DNA of 64,000 bases from Flavobacteriaceae bacterium (GTDB taxonomy: Bacteria > Bacteroidota > Bacteroidia > Flavobacteriales > Flavobacteriaceae), in assembly GCA_027082925.1 (NCBI GenBank), contig JALWTD010000013.1, positions 96,349-160,348 of the forward strand, in the 5' to 3' direction. The notes under the pieces are model-generated. The model saw only the letters and a list, made by a program, of their open reading frames with translations, was not told the origin of the DNA and made no database searches. The first letter of the stretch is position 1. Every line of letters starts with the position of its first letter. This document shows positions 19,365 through 29,264 of this stretch, piece after piece. The translations under genes and the position numbers were made by a program.

Positions 19365-19448
19365 CAAACTAAGTTCTTTTTTAAGAAAAAAAACAAAAAT
19401 AAAGTTTTGCAAATTATTTTTAAAGTCATTTAATTTGCACTCTCAAAA

Positions 19449-19522
19449 GCCGATGTAGCTCAGCTGGCTAGAGCAGCTGATTTGTAATCAGCAGGTCGTG
19501 GGTTCGAGTCCCTCCATCGGCT
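19449..19522 (+). tRNA. tRNA-Thr(TGT)
   Basis: Acceptor stem GCCGATG/CATCGGC, anticodon arm GCTGA-TT-TGT-AA-TCAGC, T-loop GGTTCGAGTCC. Confidence 0.97.
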
Positions 19523-19523
19523 C

Positions 19524-19555
19524 AAAAAGTCTCTTCTTTTAGAAGGGACTTTTTT
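19524..19555 (+). terminator. Intrinsic terminator after the tRNA pair
   Basis: AGTCTCTTCT-TTT-AGAAGGGACT stem (one G-U pair) followed by a T tract. Confidence 0.8.
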
Positions 19556-19662
19556 GTTTTATCACTTTCTAAAAAAAGGGTTTGAACTCCCGTTTTAAAC
19601 ATCGTACTTACTTTTTTCTTCGAAAAAAAATTAAGATAGCTTCTATACTCCTTAATATTCAT

Positions 19663-19670
19663 TAAATTTG
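19663..19670 (+). promoter_or_regulatory. -7 promoter box for the udk operon
   Basis: TAAATTTG, 25 nt before ATG 19696. Confidence 0.6.
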
Positions 19671-19695
19671 TTGAAAATTTAAAACTACTAAATTC

Positions 19696-20298
19696 ATGAT
19701 TATTGGTATTGCCGGAGGTACTGGAAGCGGAAAAACAACCGTTGTTAATCAAATATTAAACGAGCTTCCTGCTGATGAAGTGTGTGTTATTTCACAAGAC
19801 TCTTACTACAATGCAACAGATAATTTAACGTATGAAGAGCGTACTAAAATAAATTTTGACCATCCAAATGCTATTGATTTTGATTTGTTGGTACAACATT
19901 TAGAAGAGTTAAAAAAAGGAAATGTAATTGAACAACCTATATACTCTTTCGTGACTCATAACAGGGTTATTGACACCCTTATTACCCACCCTAGAAAGGT
20001 AATTATTGTTGAAGGAATTTTGATTTTTAACAACAAAAAACTAAGAGATTTATTTGATATCAAAATATTTGTACACGCCGATGCCGATGAACGATTGATA
20101 AGACGTGTTCGAAGAGATATAGAAGAAAGAGGAAGAGATGTAAACGAAGTGCTAATGCGCTATCAAAACACCTTAAAACCTATGCATCAACAGTTTATAG
20201 AGCCTACAAAAAATTACGCCGATATTATAATTCCTAATGACAGGCATAATACTGTGGCTATTGATATTGTTAGAACCGTTATTAGTAACAAATTATAA
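19696..20298 (+). CDS. udk: Uridine kinase
   Basis: GIAGGTGSGKTT, QDSYY, NFDHPNAIDF, VEGIL, FIEPTKNYADIIIP. Confidence 0.96.
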   Translation: MIIGIAGGTGSGKTTVVNQILNELPADEVCVISQDSYYNATDNLTYEERTKINFDHPNAIDFDLLVQHLEELKKGNVIEQPIYSFVTHNRVIDTLITHPRKVIIVEGILIFNNKKLRDLFDIKIFVHADADERLIRRVRRDIEERGRDVNEVLMRYQNTLKPMHQQFIEPTKNYADIIIPNDRHNTVAIDIVRTVISNKL

Positions 20299-20304
20299 CG
20301 TCTA

Positions 20305-20622
20305 GTGCTAAAAAAATTCAGAAATAACTCCTTTATAAAAATTGTTACAAATATTTATGTAATGATTCTTTTGATATTCATTATTTGGATGGTTTTTTTT
20401 GATGAAAACTCTATACTTAATCACTTAGAATTTAATAAAGAAATTAATAAATTAAAAAGTGAGAAAGAATATTATAAAGAGCAGATAAAAACAGATAAAG
20501 AGCTTATAAATAAACTTAAAAGTAAAGAATATTTAGAAAAATTTGCCAGAGAAGAATATCATATGAAAAAGGAAAATGAAGATATTTATATTATAGAATA
20601 CGACACAATTACCAAAAATTAA
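20305..20622 (+). CDS. ftsB: FtsB/DivIC septum formation initiator family protein
   Basis: One TM helix, then a coiled coil, then LEKFAREEYHMKKENE. Confidence 0.8.
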   Translation: MLKKFRNNSFIKIVTNIYVMILLIFIIWMVFFDENSILNHLEFNKEINKLKSEKEYYKEQIKTDKELINKLKSKEYLEKFAREEYHMKKENEDIYIIEYDTITKN

Positions 20623-20637
20623 TACCACCCATTAATT

Positions 20638-21996
20638 ATGAGTAATTTTATAACAGATGATTTTGAACCATGTTCTGCAGCTGCTTGGAAACAAAAAATT
20701 CAGGTAGATTTAAAGGGAGCCGACTATAATAAAACGCTTTTAACACCTACCAATGAAGGTATTGTAATAAAACCTTTTTATCATTTAGATTTCTTTGAAA
20801 AATTAGCCATTCCTAAGCCCGAAAACGTTTTTAAAATTTGTCAAAAAATAACTATTTCTTCAGAAAAAGAAGCTAACCTTAGAGCTTTTGACGCTATAAC
20901 TAACGGTGTACAAGCTATCCGGTTTATTGCTCAAAATTCTTTTAACAATACCGTTTTGTTTAAAAATCTGCTAAACAAAAAAATAGCTTTTCATTTTGAG
21001 TTTTCTTTTTTAGATAAAAAATTTATAATCGAACTTTCTAACTACTTAAAAAATGAAGTTGCTTATTTTAATGTAGATATTGTAGGAAATCTGGCACTTA
21101 CAGGAAATTGGTTTGTATCGCTTCAAAACGACTTTAACACGCTAGAAAATATATTAAAAAACAGTAAACATTCCTTTGTTTTGGGTGTAAATGCAGCGAT
21201 ATACCAAAACGCCGGAGCAAATAGTGTACAACAAGTTGCTTACGCATTGGCACATGCTAGCGAATACTTATTAAAATTTGGTGGAGAAGCTGCTACTAAA
21301 ATTCAATTTAATGTTGCTACTGGAAGCAATTATTTCTTTGAAATTGCAAAAATTAGAGCTTTGAAATATTTGTACAACTTAATTGCAAATGTATACGATG
21401 CCGAAAATGTAAATGCAACCATACACTCAGAACCTAGTTTAAGAAACAAAACTTTGTACGATTACAATGTAAACATGCTTAGAACAACTACTGAAAGTAT
21501 GAGTGCTATTTTAGGAGGAGCAACTACAATTTCAAATCATTCGTACAATATTCTTTTTCAAAAACCTACCGAATTTGGTGAACGAATTGCCAAAAATCAA
21601 TTGCTTATTTTAAAAGAAGAAAGCTATTTTAACGATGCTAAAAATAGCGCTACAGATTCGTATTATATAGAAGCTATTACAAAAGAAATAGCCGATAAGG
21701 CTTTAACCTTATTCAAAGAAATAGAAAAATCTGGTGGTTTTATAACCCAACTTAAAAAAGGAACCATTCAACGAAAAATTGAAGAAAATGCCCGTAAAGA
21801 GCAAGCTCAATTTGACGCTGAAACTTTGGTGTTGTTAGGAACTAATAAATATCCAAACGAACAAGACCAAATGAAAAATAATTTGGAACTAAACCCTTTT
21901 ACAAAGAGAAAGCCTCAAAAAACACTTATAGTTCCTATAAGTCCAAAACGACTGGCTAGTGTATTAGAACAAAAAAGATTGGAAAATGAAGCGTAA
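20638..21996 (+). CDS. mutA: Methylmalonyl-CoA mutase small (non-catalytic) subunit
   Basis: W...[43 protein letters not shown]. Its end overlaps the start of the large subunit. Confidence 0.9.
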   Translation: MSNFITDDFEPCSAAAWKQKIQVDLKGADYNKTLLTPTNEGIVIKPFYHLDFFEKLAIPKPENVFKICQKITISSEKEANLRAFDAITNGVQAIRFIAQNSFNNTVLFKNLLNKKIAFHFEFSFLDKKFIIELSNYLKNEVAYFNVDIVGNLALTGNWFVSLQNDFNTLENILKNSKHSFVLGVNAAIYQNAGANSVQQVAYALAHASEYLLKFGGEAATKIQFNVATGSNYFFEIAKIRALKYLYNLIANVYDAENVNATIHSEPSLRNKTLYDYNVNMLRTTTESMSAILGGATTISNHSYNILFQKPTEFGERIAKNQLLILKEESYFNDAKNSATDSYYIEAITKEIADKALTLFKEIEKSGGFITQLKKGTIQRKIEENARKEQAQFDAETLVLLGTNKYPNEQDQMKNNLELNPFTKRKPQKTLIVPISPKRLASVLEQKRLENEA

Positions 21997-24046
21997 AGAT
22001 TTTTCTCACTTAGACTTAAAAAGTCAGACTCAAAAAGAGGTTTATTTTAAACATGAAAACTACATTGCTGGAATAGCACCTAACCTTAGAGGTCCTTACT
22101 CTACAATGTACGTTAGACGTCCTTGGACAATAAGACAATACGCCGGATTTTCTACAGCCGAAGAAAGCAATGCTTTTTACCGTAGAAACTTGGCCGCAGG
22201 ACAAAAAGGGTTATCGGTTGCTTTTGACCTAGCAACACACAGAGGATACGATTCTGACCACGAACGCGTTCAAGGAGATGTTGGAAAAGCCGGAGTTGCC
22301 ATAGACTCTGTTGAGGACATGAAAATTCTTTTCGACCAAATTCCACTTGATAAAATGTCGGTTTCTATGACTATGAATGGTGCTGTATTACCTATTTTGG
22401 CATTTTATATTGTAGCCGCTAAAGAGCAAGGTGTAGCAAAAGAATTGTTATCAGGAACCATTCAAAACGATATTTTAAAGGAATTTATGGTGCGCAACAC
22501 GTATATCTATCCACCTACTCCTTCTATGAAAATTATTGCCGATATTTTTAAATATACCAGCAAGTTTATGCCTAAATTTAATTCTATTTCCATTTCGGGA
22601 TATCACATGCAAGAAGCTGGCGCAACTCCTGAAATTGAATTGGCATATACCTTGGCCGATGGCTTAGAATACTTAAAAACCGGTATTTCAAGCGGTATGG
22701 ATATTGACACATTTGCACCAAGACTTTCTTTCTTTTGGGCAATTGGCATGGATCATTTTAGCGAAATCGCCAAAATGAGAGCTGCGAGAATGCTTTGGGC
22801 TAAACTGGTGAAACAATTTCAGCCTAAAAATCCTAAATCACTTGCCTTACGAACACACTGTCAAACCAGCGGATGGAGTTTAACCGAACAAGATCCATTT
22901 AATAACGTTGCTCGTACCACTATTGAAGCTATGGCTGCAGCCTTTGGAGGCACACAAAGCTTACACACCAATGCCTTAGACGAAGCCATTGCATTACCTA
23001 CCGACTTTTCGGCAAGAATTGCTAGAAACACACAAATTTACATTCAAGAAGAAACCGCAATTACCAAAACGGTAGATCCTTGGGCAGGTTCTACTTATGT
23101 TGAAAAACGAACTGAAGATATTTCTCGAAAAGCATGGGAACTATTACAAGAAGTTGAAGAGCTTGGCGGTATGACCAAAGCCATTGAAAAAGGCATTCCA
23201 AAAATGCGAATTGAAGAAGCTGCCGCTAAAAAACAGGCTCGAATAGATAGCAATCAAGACACCATTGTTGGCGTTAATAAATACCAACTTAAAGAAGAAG
23301 AGCCTTTGCAAATTTTAGAAGTAGATAATGATGCTGTAAGGAAATCTCAAATTGAACGCTTAAACGCTATAAAATCGTCTAGAAATTCAGCTGAAGTTAA
23401 AACAGCTTTAAAAAATTTAACCGAATGTGCAAAAACAGGTGAAGGAAATTTATTAGATTTGGCTGTAATTGCAGCTGAAAAAAGAGCTACATTAGGAGAA
23501 ATTTCTGATGCTTTAGAAGAAGTTTTCGGAAGATATAAAGCAACCATTAAATCTATTTCGGGCGTGTACAGTAAAGAAATTAAAAATGATAAAGATTTTG
23601 AAACAGCAAAAGCATTGGCTAACAAATTTGCTGAATTAGAAGGTAGACGCCCAAGAATTATGATTGCAAAATTGGGGCAAGACGGTCATGATAGAGGTGC
23701 TAAAGTTGTTTCTACCGGTTATGCCGATTTAGGTTTTGACGTTGATATAGGTCCGTTATTTCAAACCCCTAAAGAAGCTGTGAAACAAGCTATAGAAAAC
23801 GATGTGCATATACTTGGAATATCTTCGTTAGCTGCCGGACATAAAACGCTGGTTCCACAAGTAATAGAAGAACTTAAAAAATACCAACGAGAAGATATTA
23901 TGGTTATAGCCGGTGGTGTAATTCCTGCGCAAGACTACGACTTTTTGTTTAAATCCGGAGTTGTAGGTGTCTACGGTCCCGGTACTAAAATAGCGAAAGC
24001 AGCTATAGAAATTTTAACAGTACTTATAGACAGTATTGCAGACTAA
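21986..24046 (+). CDS. scpA: Methylmalonyl-CoA mutase large subunit (B12-binding)
   Basis: [29 protein letters not shown]12 motif [18 protein letters not shown]. Confidence 0.97.
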   Translation: MKRKDFSHLDLKSQTQKEVYFKHENYIAGIAPNLRGPYSTMYVRRPWTIRQYAGFSTAEESNAFYRRNLAAGQKGLSVAFDLATHRGYDSDHERVQGDVGKAGVAIDSVEDMKILFDQIPLDKMSVSMTMNGAVLPILAFYIVAAKEQGVAKELLSGTIQNDILKEFMVRNTYIYPPTPSMKIIADIFKYTSKFMPKFNSISISGYHMQEAGATPEIELAYTLADGLEYLKTGISSGMDIDTFAPRLSFFWAIGMDHFSEIAKMRAARMLWAKLVKQFQPKNPKSLALRTHCQTSGWSLTEQDPFNNVARTTIEAMAAAFGGTQSLHTNALDEAIALPTDFSARIARNTQIYIQEETAITKTVDPWAGSTYVEKRTEDISRKAWELLQEVEELGGMTKAIEKGIPKMRIEEAAAKKQARIDSNQDTIVGVNKYQLKEEEPLQILEVDNDAVRKSQIERLNAIKSSRNSAEVKTALKNLTECAKTGEGNLLDLAVIAAEKRATLGEISDALEEVFGRYKATIKSISGVYSKEIKNDKDFETAKALANKFAELEGRRPRIMIAKLGQDGHDRGAKVVSTGYADLGFDVDIGPLFQTPKEAVKQAIENDVHILGISSLAAGHKTLVPQVIEELKKYQREDIMVIAGGVIPAQDYDFLFKSGVVGVYGPGTKIAKAAIEILTVLIDSIAD

Positions 24047-24068
24047 TCTTTAAAAAACCACACACCTT

Positions 24069-24632
24069 ATGAAAAAATTATTAAGTCTAACCGCATTGTT
24101 ATTTATATCGTTTTTGAGCAACGCTCAAGAACTTCAACTTGGAGATAGAGTACCTGCATTTTCTGCAACTGATGATGCTGGAAATAAATGGGATTCTTCA
24201 AATGTAACTTCCGAATTTTTAGTCGTTTATTTTTATCCTGCCGCAATGACTAGTGGTTGTACAAAACAAGCGTGTTCGTACAGAGATGACAAAGCTACTT
24301 TTGATAAACTGGGTGTGCAAATTATTGGGGTGAGCGGTGATGAAGTGAAAAACTTAAAACATTTTAAAAATACCTATCAACTAAATTTCCCACTACTTTC
24401 TGATACCAAAGGAACTATTGCTGCCATTTTTGGTGTTCCTACAAGAAAAGGCGGAACCATTTCAAGAGAAATAAACGGCGAAAATTTTCTATTAACACGA
24501 GGTATTACTGCTTCTAGATGGACATTTGTATTGGATAAGAATATGAAAATTATCTATAAAAACAACCAAGTAAATGCTTCCGAAGACAGTCAAAATGTAA
24601 AGCAGCTTATTAAAACATATAAATATAAATAA
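24069..24632 (+). CDS. bcp: BCP/PrxQ peroxiredoxin with Sec signal peptide
   Basis: VVYFYPAAMTSGCTKQACSYRD (PxxxTxxC...C); N-terminal signal ending SNA-Q. Confidence 0.8.
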   Translation: MKKLLSLTALLFISFLSNAQELQLGDRVPAFSATDDAGNKWDSSNVTSEFLVVYFYPAAMTSGCTKQACSYRDDKATFDKLGVQIIGVSGDEVKNLKHFKNTYQLNFPLLSDTKGTIAAIFGVPTRKGGTISREINGENFLLTRGITASRWTFVLDKNMKIIYKNNQVNASEDSQNVKQLIKTYKYK

Positions 24633-24637
24633 GCCGC

Positions 24638-25852
24638 TTATGTTTTAGTTTGCACCAATTTGTTTAGCCAAAATGTTAAACCAAAAGCAAGCATTCCTAA
24701 GCTTCCCATAACATACCAATTGGTTTCAAAACCAAAATTTGAAATAATTCCCATTCCGGTTTTGGCACTAAAAATATGTGCAAAAGAAAAAGCCATTGTG
24801 TACAAGGCAAGGTACTTTCCTTCTTTTCCTGAAGGTGCTCGTGTCATTGCAAAATTATTTGTAAACGGAAATGCCAACATTTCGCCAACCGTAATAAACA
24901 GTATACCCATAACTAAAACACCTTTCCAAGGAGCTATGTTTAGTACAACAAAACTCATTCCCATTAAAACCAAACTCCAAGCAATAATTTTTAGTTTATT
25001 TAGTAACTTTTTCTCTATATAATGAATTAAAGGCATTTCAAGAATAAAAATTAAAAATCCGTTTAAAGACATTAGAAGTCCTATTTTTACTTCTGAAAGC
25101 CCATGAATTTCTTTATAATAAAGTGGTACTGTGGTAAACAATTGAAGAAAGATAAATCCCATTAAAAAAACCACTGCTAAAAATACCCAATATGCTTTAT
25201 CTTGATATACCGATGTTTCGGCAGGTGTTGTTTGTGTACTCTCAAAAGTTTGAGGAAGTATTTCTTTTTGCTTTAAAACGCTTTTTAGCAGTAATACTGC
25301 AATCATAGAAGTAATTCCATCTACCCAAAAAAGACCTGAATAGTTTAACCCCGTTATTATTAAGCCTCCTAAAAAAGGTCCAAAAGAAAATCCTAAATTA
25401 ATTGCCAAACGCACCAATGTTAATGATCGTGTTTGATTTTCCGGCTTGCTGTATGCTTTTAAAGACACAAACATAGCAGGTCTAAAAGTATCGGCTATTA
25501 CCATCGTAAAAAATATTCCCATAACAAACCCAAAAAAGGAATGAATAAACTGCAAACCTATAAACATAAATGCCGTTAAAAATAGGCTTGTAATCATCAC
25601 TTTATAAAACCCCCAAGAGTCTGTTAATTTACCTCCTAACCATGAACCAAGTAACGAACCAACGCCAAAGCTACTCATAATCCATCCTACTTCTTTGAGG
25701 GTAAAATTCAAATCTTCTATTAAGTATAAAGATAAAAATGGCAATACCATTGTGCCGGCTCTATTGATAAATGTAATTAACGCCAACCACCAAACTTCTT
25801 TAGACAAACCTCTAAATGAATTTTGATAACTATTTATTGTTTTTTTTACCAT
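24638..25852 (-). CDS. MFS transporter, drug/metabolite-efflux-like (MdtH/YceL-like)
   Basis: About 12 hydrophobic segments, motif A GGKLTDSWG, FINRAGTMVLPFL. Confidence 0.85.
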   Translation of the reverse strand: MVKKTINSYQNSFRGLSKEVWWLALITFINRAGTMVLPFLSLYLIEDLNFTLKEVGWIMSSFGVGSLLGSWLGGKLTDSWGFYKVMITSLFLTAFMFIGLQFIHSFFGFVMGIFFTMVIADTFRPAMFVSLKAYSKPENQTRSLTLVRLAINLGFSFGPFLGGLIITGLNYSGLFWVDGITSMIAVLLLKSVLKQKEILPQTFESTQTTPAETSVYQDKAYWVFLAVVFLMGFIFLQLFTTVPLYYKEIHGLSEVKIGLLMSLNGFLIFILEMPLIHYIEKKLLNKLKIIAWSLVLMGMSFVVLNIAPWKGVLVMGILFITVGEMLAFPFTNNFAMTRAPSGKEGKYLALYTMAFSFAHIFSAKTGMGIISNFGFETNWYVMGSLGMLAFGLTFWLNKLVQTKT

Positions 25853-25863
25853 TGTGTAAAACT

Positions 25864-25888
25864 AAAAAACCCAGCTAATTGCCGGGCT
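25864..25888 (-). terminator. Terminator-like hairpin in the MFS leader (putative attenuator)
   Basis: Minus strand AGCCCGGC-AATTA-GCTGGGTT followed by a T run, 11 nt before the MFS ATG. Confidence 0.7.
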
Positions 25889-25913
25889 AAAATTGAATTG
25901 ATATTATTTATTA

Positions 25914-25996
25914 CTATATAATTACATCAAATATATTCCCAAGCATATTTTTAAATATCGCTTCGTAACTATTATACATTTGGTGAAATTATTCAT
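25914..25996 (-). other. Candidate leader uORFs upstream of the MFS gene
   Basis: Two overlapping short ORFs: 25996-25922 MNNFTKCIIVTKRYLKICLGIYLM and 25979-25914 MYNSYEAIFKNMLGNIFDVII. Translation is unproven. Confidence 0.35.
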
Positions 25997-26018
25997 AATA
26001 TTGTTCTTGTATTTTTAA

Positions 26019-26026
26019 CAAATCTA
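26019..26026 (-). promoter_or_regulatory. -7 promoter box for the MFS leader
   Basis: TAGATTTG on the minus strand. A second box, TATATTTG, lies at 25935-25928. Confidence 0.55.
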
Positions 26027-26103
26027 CAAAAATTATTCAATAAACATTCTTATTTTAACACTCCCCTAAATTTTTGTATTTTTACTTACTTAAAATTTCT
26101 ATT

Positions 26104-26727
26104 ATGAAAAATGCTATTTTTGTACTTGTGGTATCTCTTTTTTTTACCAACTGTACAACCTCACAAGAAAACACTCCATACCAAAAAGAGATAAAACAAT
26201 TCCAATATAAGTTAAATACACACTATGCCAATCCTAAAGAATCACCACTAACTAAAGAAGATATAAAAACATTTAAATCGTTAGCTTTTTTTAATATTAA
26301 CCCTAAATACCGAGTAAAAGCACGATTAGAACTAACTCCTAATGCTCCTATTTTTAAAATGAAAACGACTACAAGTAGAATGCCTTTATACAAAAAGTAC
26401 GGTATTGCTCATTTTACTTTAGATGGAAAAGAACTCTCTCTTAGTATTTATCAAAATCAAAACCTTATGAATTCGTTAGAATATGAAAATTATTTATTTT
26501 TACCTTTTAACGATACTACCAATGGAACCAGTAGTTATGGAGGTGGACGTTTTATAGATTTAGAGATTCCCGAATCTCCAACCGATTCTATTATTATCGA
26601 TTTTAATAAGGCGTATAACCCATATTGTGCTTATAATGCTAATTACTCGTGTCCTATTCCTCCTTCAGAAAACAATTTACCGGTAGAAATACCTGCAGGG
26701 GTAAAAGCTTATGGCAAACATCATTAA
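26104..26727 (+). CDS. DUF1684 family lipoprotein
   Basis: LFLPFNDTTNGTSSYGGGRFIDL, DFNKAYNPYCAYN..YSCPIPP..N.L. ATG 26104 gives a lipoprotein signal (FFTN-C); the track starts at TTG 26074. Confidence 0.85.
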   Translation: MKNAIFVLVVSLFFTNCTTSQENTPYQKEIKQFQYKLNTHYANPKESPLTKEDIKTFKSLAFFNINPKYRVKARLELTPNAPIFKMKTTTSRMPLYKKYGIAHFTLDGKELSLSIYQNQNLMNSLEYENYLFLPFNDTTNGTSSYGGGRFIDLEIPESPTDSIIIDFNKAYNPYCAYNANYSCPIPPSENNLPVEIPAGVKAYGKHH

Positions 26728-27095
26728 AGAAACTTAGAAATATACAAGCCTAAAAAAACAGCTCCAAAACCTAAAATTAACGAGCCAAATGTATACGGTA
26801 AAAAGCTTAAGTAATCGCCTTGTTTTAGGTACAAGTGATTTTCGTACGCAAATGTTGAAAATGTGGTAAAACCTCCGCAAAATCCGGTAGCTAACAATAA
26901 CGATTGTGTTTGTGAAACTTGTGATGTTTTTGCTAAATAACCTAAAATAACACCTATTAACAAACTTCCCAGCACATTTGAAAGCATGGTTCCGTAGGGT
27001 ACGGCATTTTCAAAATTATTTAACCATTTTCCTAAGAAATATCTGGCAACACTTCCAAAGCCTCCTCCTGTAAAAACTAATAAAGCCTGTTTCAT
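26724..27095 (-). CDS. crcB: Fluoride channel Fluc/CrcB
   Basis: GGGFGSVARY, GTMLSNVLGS, GFCGGFTTFSTF. Confidence 0.96.
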   Translation of the reverse strand: MKQALLVFTGGGFGSVARYFLGKWLNNFENAVPYGTMLSNVLGSLLIGVILGYLAKTSQVSQTQSLLLATGFCGGFTTFSTFAYENHLYLKQGDYLSFLPYTFGSLILGFGAVFLGLYISKFL

Positions 27096-27103
27096 TTAAT
27101 TGC

Positions 27104-28069
27104 TTATTCTAAAATTATTTCATCTGAATCAATCCAACTCCATTTTCCTGTTATAGTTCCCTTTTGTAAGGTTAAAATTCCGGGGTTTGCTCTAATGATG
27201 GTTTTTAATGTAGTTTCATCACAAAAAAGCATATCAAAATTAAAGTTGTATTGTTGTTTTAAATCTAAATAAGTTTCGTTTAACGAAGCGCTAAGGGCAA
27301 ACACTTTATAGCCTTTTTCTAAGGCTTTATCTGTAATTTTTTTCACTTTTTCAAACCCTCTTAGGTTACTTTTATTAAGGTTGTACATTACAACCAGCAT
27401 AACTTTATCTTCATTTAACACCTCGTTGGTAAGCTCTTCTCCTTCATTGTTTTCTAAGAAAAAGTCATGAATTAAAGGCATTTCTTCTCCCTTATATTCC
27501 ATGCCTTCTCTAATATTTTCTCCAACAGCATAAGGTCTAAAATCTATTATTGGTAAATGTATTAATACATAATAAACAATAAACAACGATCCTGAAAAAG
27601 TGAAAAAGACAATCCATTTTAAACCGTTTAAACTAAAGATAGGTGTAATTTGTTTTACGTTTTTTAACAAGAAAATAATTAGAACTACCAATACTACATT
27701 TTTATAAAATGTTCCCCAAGTAGATAATGTTATGGCATCTCCAAAACATCCGCAATCTGTTACCTTATTGTAATATGCCGAATACCATGTTAAAAATAAA
27801 AAGATTAAAATCATTCCTAATAAACCCCACATCGTAGTTTTTGGCAAACAGCCTATTAGAAGCATAACGCCCAACATTAGTTCTATTAAAATTAATAAAA
27901 CAGCAAAAGGTAAGGCGTACGGCATTAAAAATTCTAAATTAAGTACATCTGGACTAAAGTACTCTTGAAACTTGTATGCTGAGCCTATAGGATCTACTAA
28001 TTTTACAAAACCTGAAAAAATAAAGGTAATGGCAACCAATATTCTTGAGACATGGACTAATATTTTCAT
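27104..28069 (-). CDS. DoxX/MauE-family membrane protein with C-terminal soluble domain (BT_3928-like)
   Basis: FIFSGFVKLVDP, ELMLG, DCGCFGDA, 5 TM segments, then DFRPYAVG and a C-terminal IRANPG. Confidence 0.75.
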   Translation of the reverse strand: MKILVHVSRILVAITFIFSGFVKLVDPIGSAYKFQEYFSPDVLNLEFLMPYALPFAVLLILIELMLGVMLLIGCLPKTTMWGLLGMILIFLFLTWYSAYYNKVTDCGCFGDAITLSTWGTFYKNVVLVVLIIFLLKNVKQITPIFSLNGLKWIVFFTFSGSLFIVYYVLIHLPIIDFRPYAVGENIREGMEYKGEEMPLIHDFFLENNEGEELTNEVLNEDKVMLVVMYNLNKSNLRGFEKVKKITDKALEKGYKVFALSASLNETYLDLKQQYNFNFDMLFCDETTLKTIIRANPGILTLQKGTITGKWSWIDSDEIILE

Positions 28070-28614
28070 TCTTTTTCTTTTTCGTTTAGATGAATTAAAG
28101 CAAAAATAGCATAATTAATCATATCCTGGTAATTAGCGTCAATTCCTTCAGAAACAATTGTTTTTCCCTTATTATCTTCTATTTGTTTTACTCGTAATAA
28201 TTTTTGCAAAATTAAATCGGTTAAAGAACTAACCCTCATATCTCTCCAAGCTTCACCGTAATCGTGATTTTTATCTTCCATCAACTGTTTGGTAATTGCA
28301 ATGTGTTTATCGTACAAACTAATTGCTTCCTCATTGCTTATATCAACCTGCTCTGCAACTCCTTTTTCAAGTTGAATTAAAGCCATAACCGAATAATTTA
28401 TAATTCCTATAAACTCAGAAACCTCACCTTCGTCAATTCTTCGCTCTTTATTTTCTTGTAATTGTCTAATGCGTTGTGCCTTTATAAAAATTTGATCGGT
28501 TAAAGAAGGTAATCGCAATATACGCCAAGCACTACCATAATCTTTTAACTTGTTTATATATAATGAACGACATTTTTTTACCACATCGTCATATTGTTCT
28601 GAAGTTTGTTGCAT
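28066..28614 (-). CDS. Tandem DUF1599-domain protein
   Basis: Two internal repeats of K..DYG.AWR..R..SLTD.I..K..R..Q...EG...NY..AL. Confidence 0.85.
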   Translation of the reverse strand: MQQTSEQYDDVVKKCRSLYINKLKDYGSAWRILRLPSLTDQIFIKAQRIRQLQENKERRIDEGEVSEFIGIINYSVMALIQLEKGVAEQVDISNEEAISLYDKHIAITKQLMEDKNHDYGEAWRDMRVSSLTDLILQKLLRVKQIEDNKGKTIVSEGIDANYQDMINYAIFALIHLNEKEKE

Positions 28615-28644
28615 ATAACTTTAATTATTTCCGTAAATTTCGAA

Positions 28645-28652
28645 CAAATTTA
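28645..28652 (-). promoter_or_regulatory. -7 promoter box for the DUF1599-DoxX-crcB operon
   Basis: TAAATTTG on the minus strand, 30 nt before the ATG. Confidence 0.55.
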
Positions 28653-28679
28653 ATGAATTAAAAAATCTATTTTTAAATA

Positions 28680-29264
28680 ATGAAGAAGATTGCTGTTTTT
28701 TGTGGTTCAAGTATTGGTTTTAACGAGGTTTATAAAAATGAAGCCATAAAGCTTGGTGCGTATTTTGTCGAAAAAAATATAGGATTGGTTTATGGTGGCG
28801 GAAAAATTGGAATGATGGGCGTAATTGCCGATACTATGATGGAAAAAAATGGACAAGTAATTGGCGTAATTCCTCATTTACTCAAACATGAGGAAGTTGC
28901 TCACAATAACATTTCAAAACTTATTGTTACCAAAACAATGAGCACACGAAAAGTAGAAATTAGTAAATTGGTTGACGGCTATATTGCGCTTCCGGGTGGT
29001 TTTGGCACTTTAGATGAAATTTTTGAAGCCTTAACTCTTGGACAGCTTGGCATTGAACGTAAGCCTGTGGGTATTTTAAACACCAATGGATTTTACAACC
29101 ACTTATTAAAACAACTAGACACAATGGTTACTGAAGGATATCTTAAGCAATCTAACAGAGATATGTTACTCGTAAGCAACACCATTGAAACACTTATTTC
29201 TAAAATGTTCGCTTACAAAGCTCCTAAACAAACCAAAGTTATTAATAAAGTTGTGCGTTTATGA
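28680..29264 (+). CDS. LOG family nucleotide monophosphate phosphoribohydrolase (TIGR00730-like)
   Basis: AVFCGSS, LVYGGGKIGMMG, PGGFGTLDE. Confidence 0.9.
   Translation: MKKIAVFCGSSIGFNEVYKNEAIKLGAYFVEKNIGLVYGGGKIGMMGVIADTMMEKNGQVIGVIPHLLKHEEVAHNNISKLIVTKTMSTRKVEISKLVDGYIALPGGFGTLDEIFEALTLGQLGIERKPVGILNTNGFYNHLLKQLDTMVTEGYLKQSNRDMLLVSNTIETLISKMFAYKAPKQTKVINKVVRL

Noticed and set aside
19290-19620. tRNA-Pro/Thr (and tRNA-Phe at 47582) as island integration sites; GGGTTTGAACTCCCG near 19580 resembles a reversed T-arm
   Set aside because: No integrase is present, I found no duplicated tRNA 3' end in the window, the fragment does not form a proper T-stem, and the flanking genes are housekeeping.
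19522-19752. 76-aa minus-strand ORF over the tRNA terminator and udk promoter
   Set aside because: It overlaps the udk start and regulatory DNA and shows no protein-like features.
20638-21996. Short mutase subunit lacking the DxHxxG motif as a pseudogene
   Set aside because: The ORF is intact and coupled to the large subunit; the small subunit is normally non-catalytic.
27090-27110. Fluoride riboswitch before crcB; cobalamin riboswitch before the mutase; TPP riboswitch before the ThDP enzyme
   Set aside because: The gaps are 8, 15 and 1 nt respectively, and I found no consensus riboswitch cores in the upstream operon leaders.
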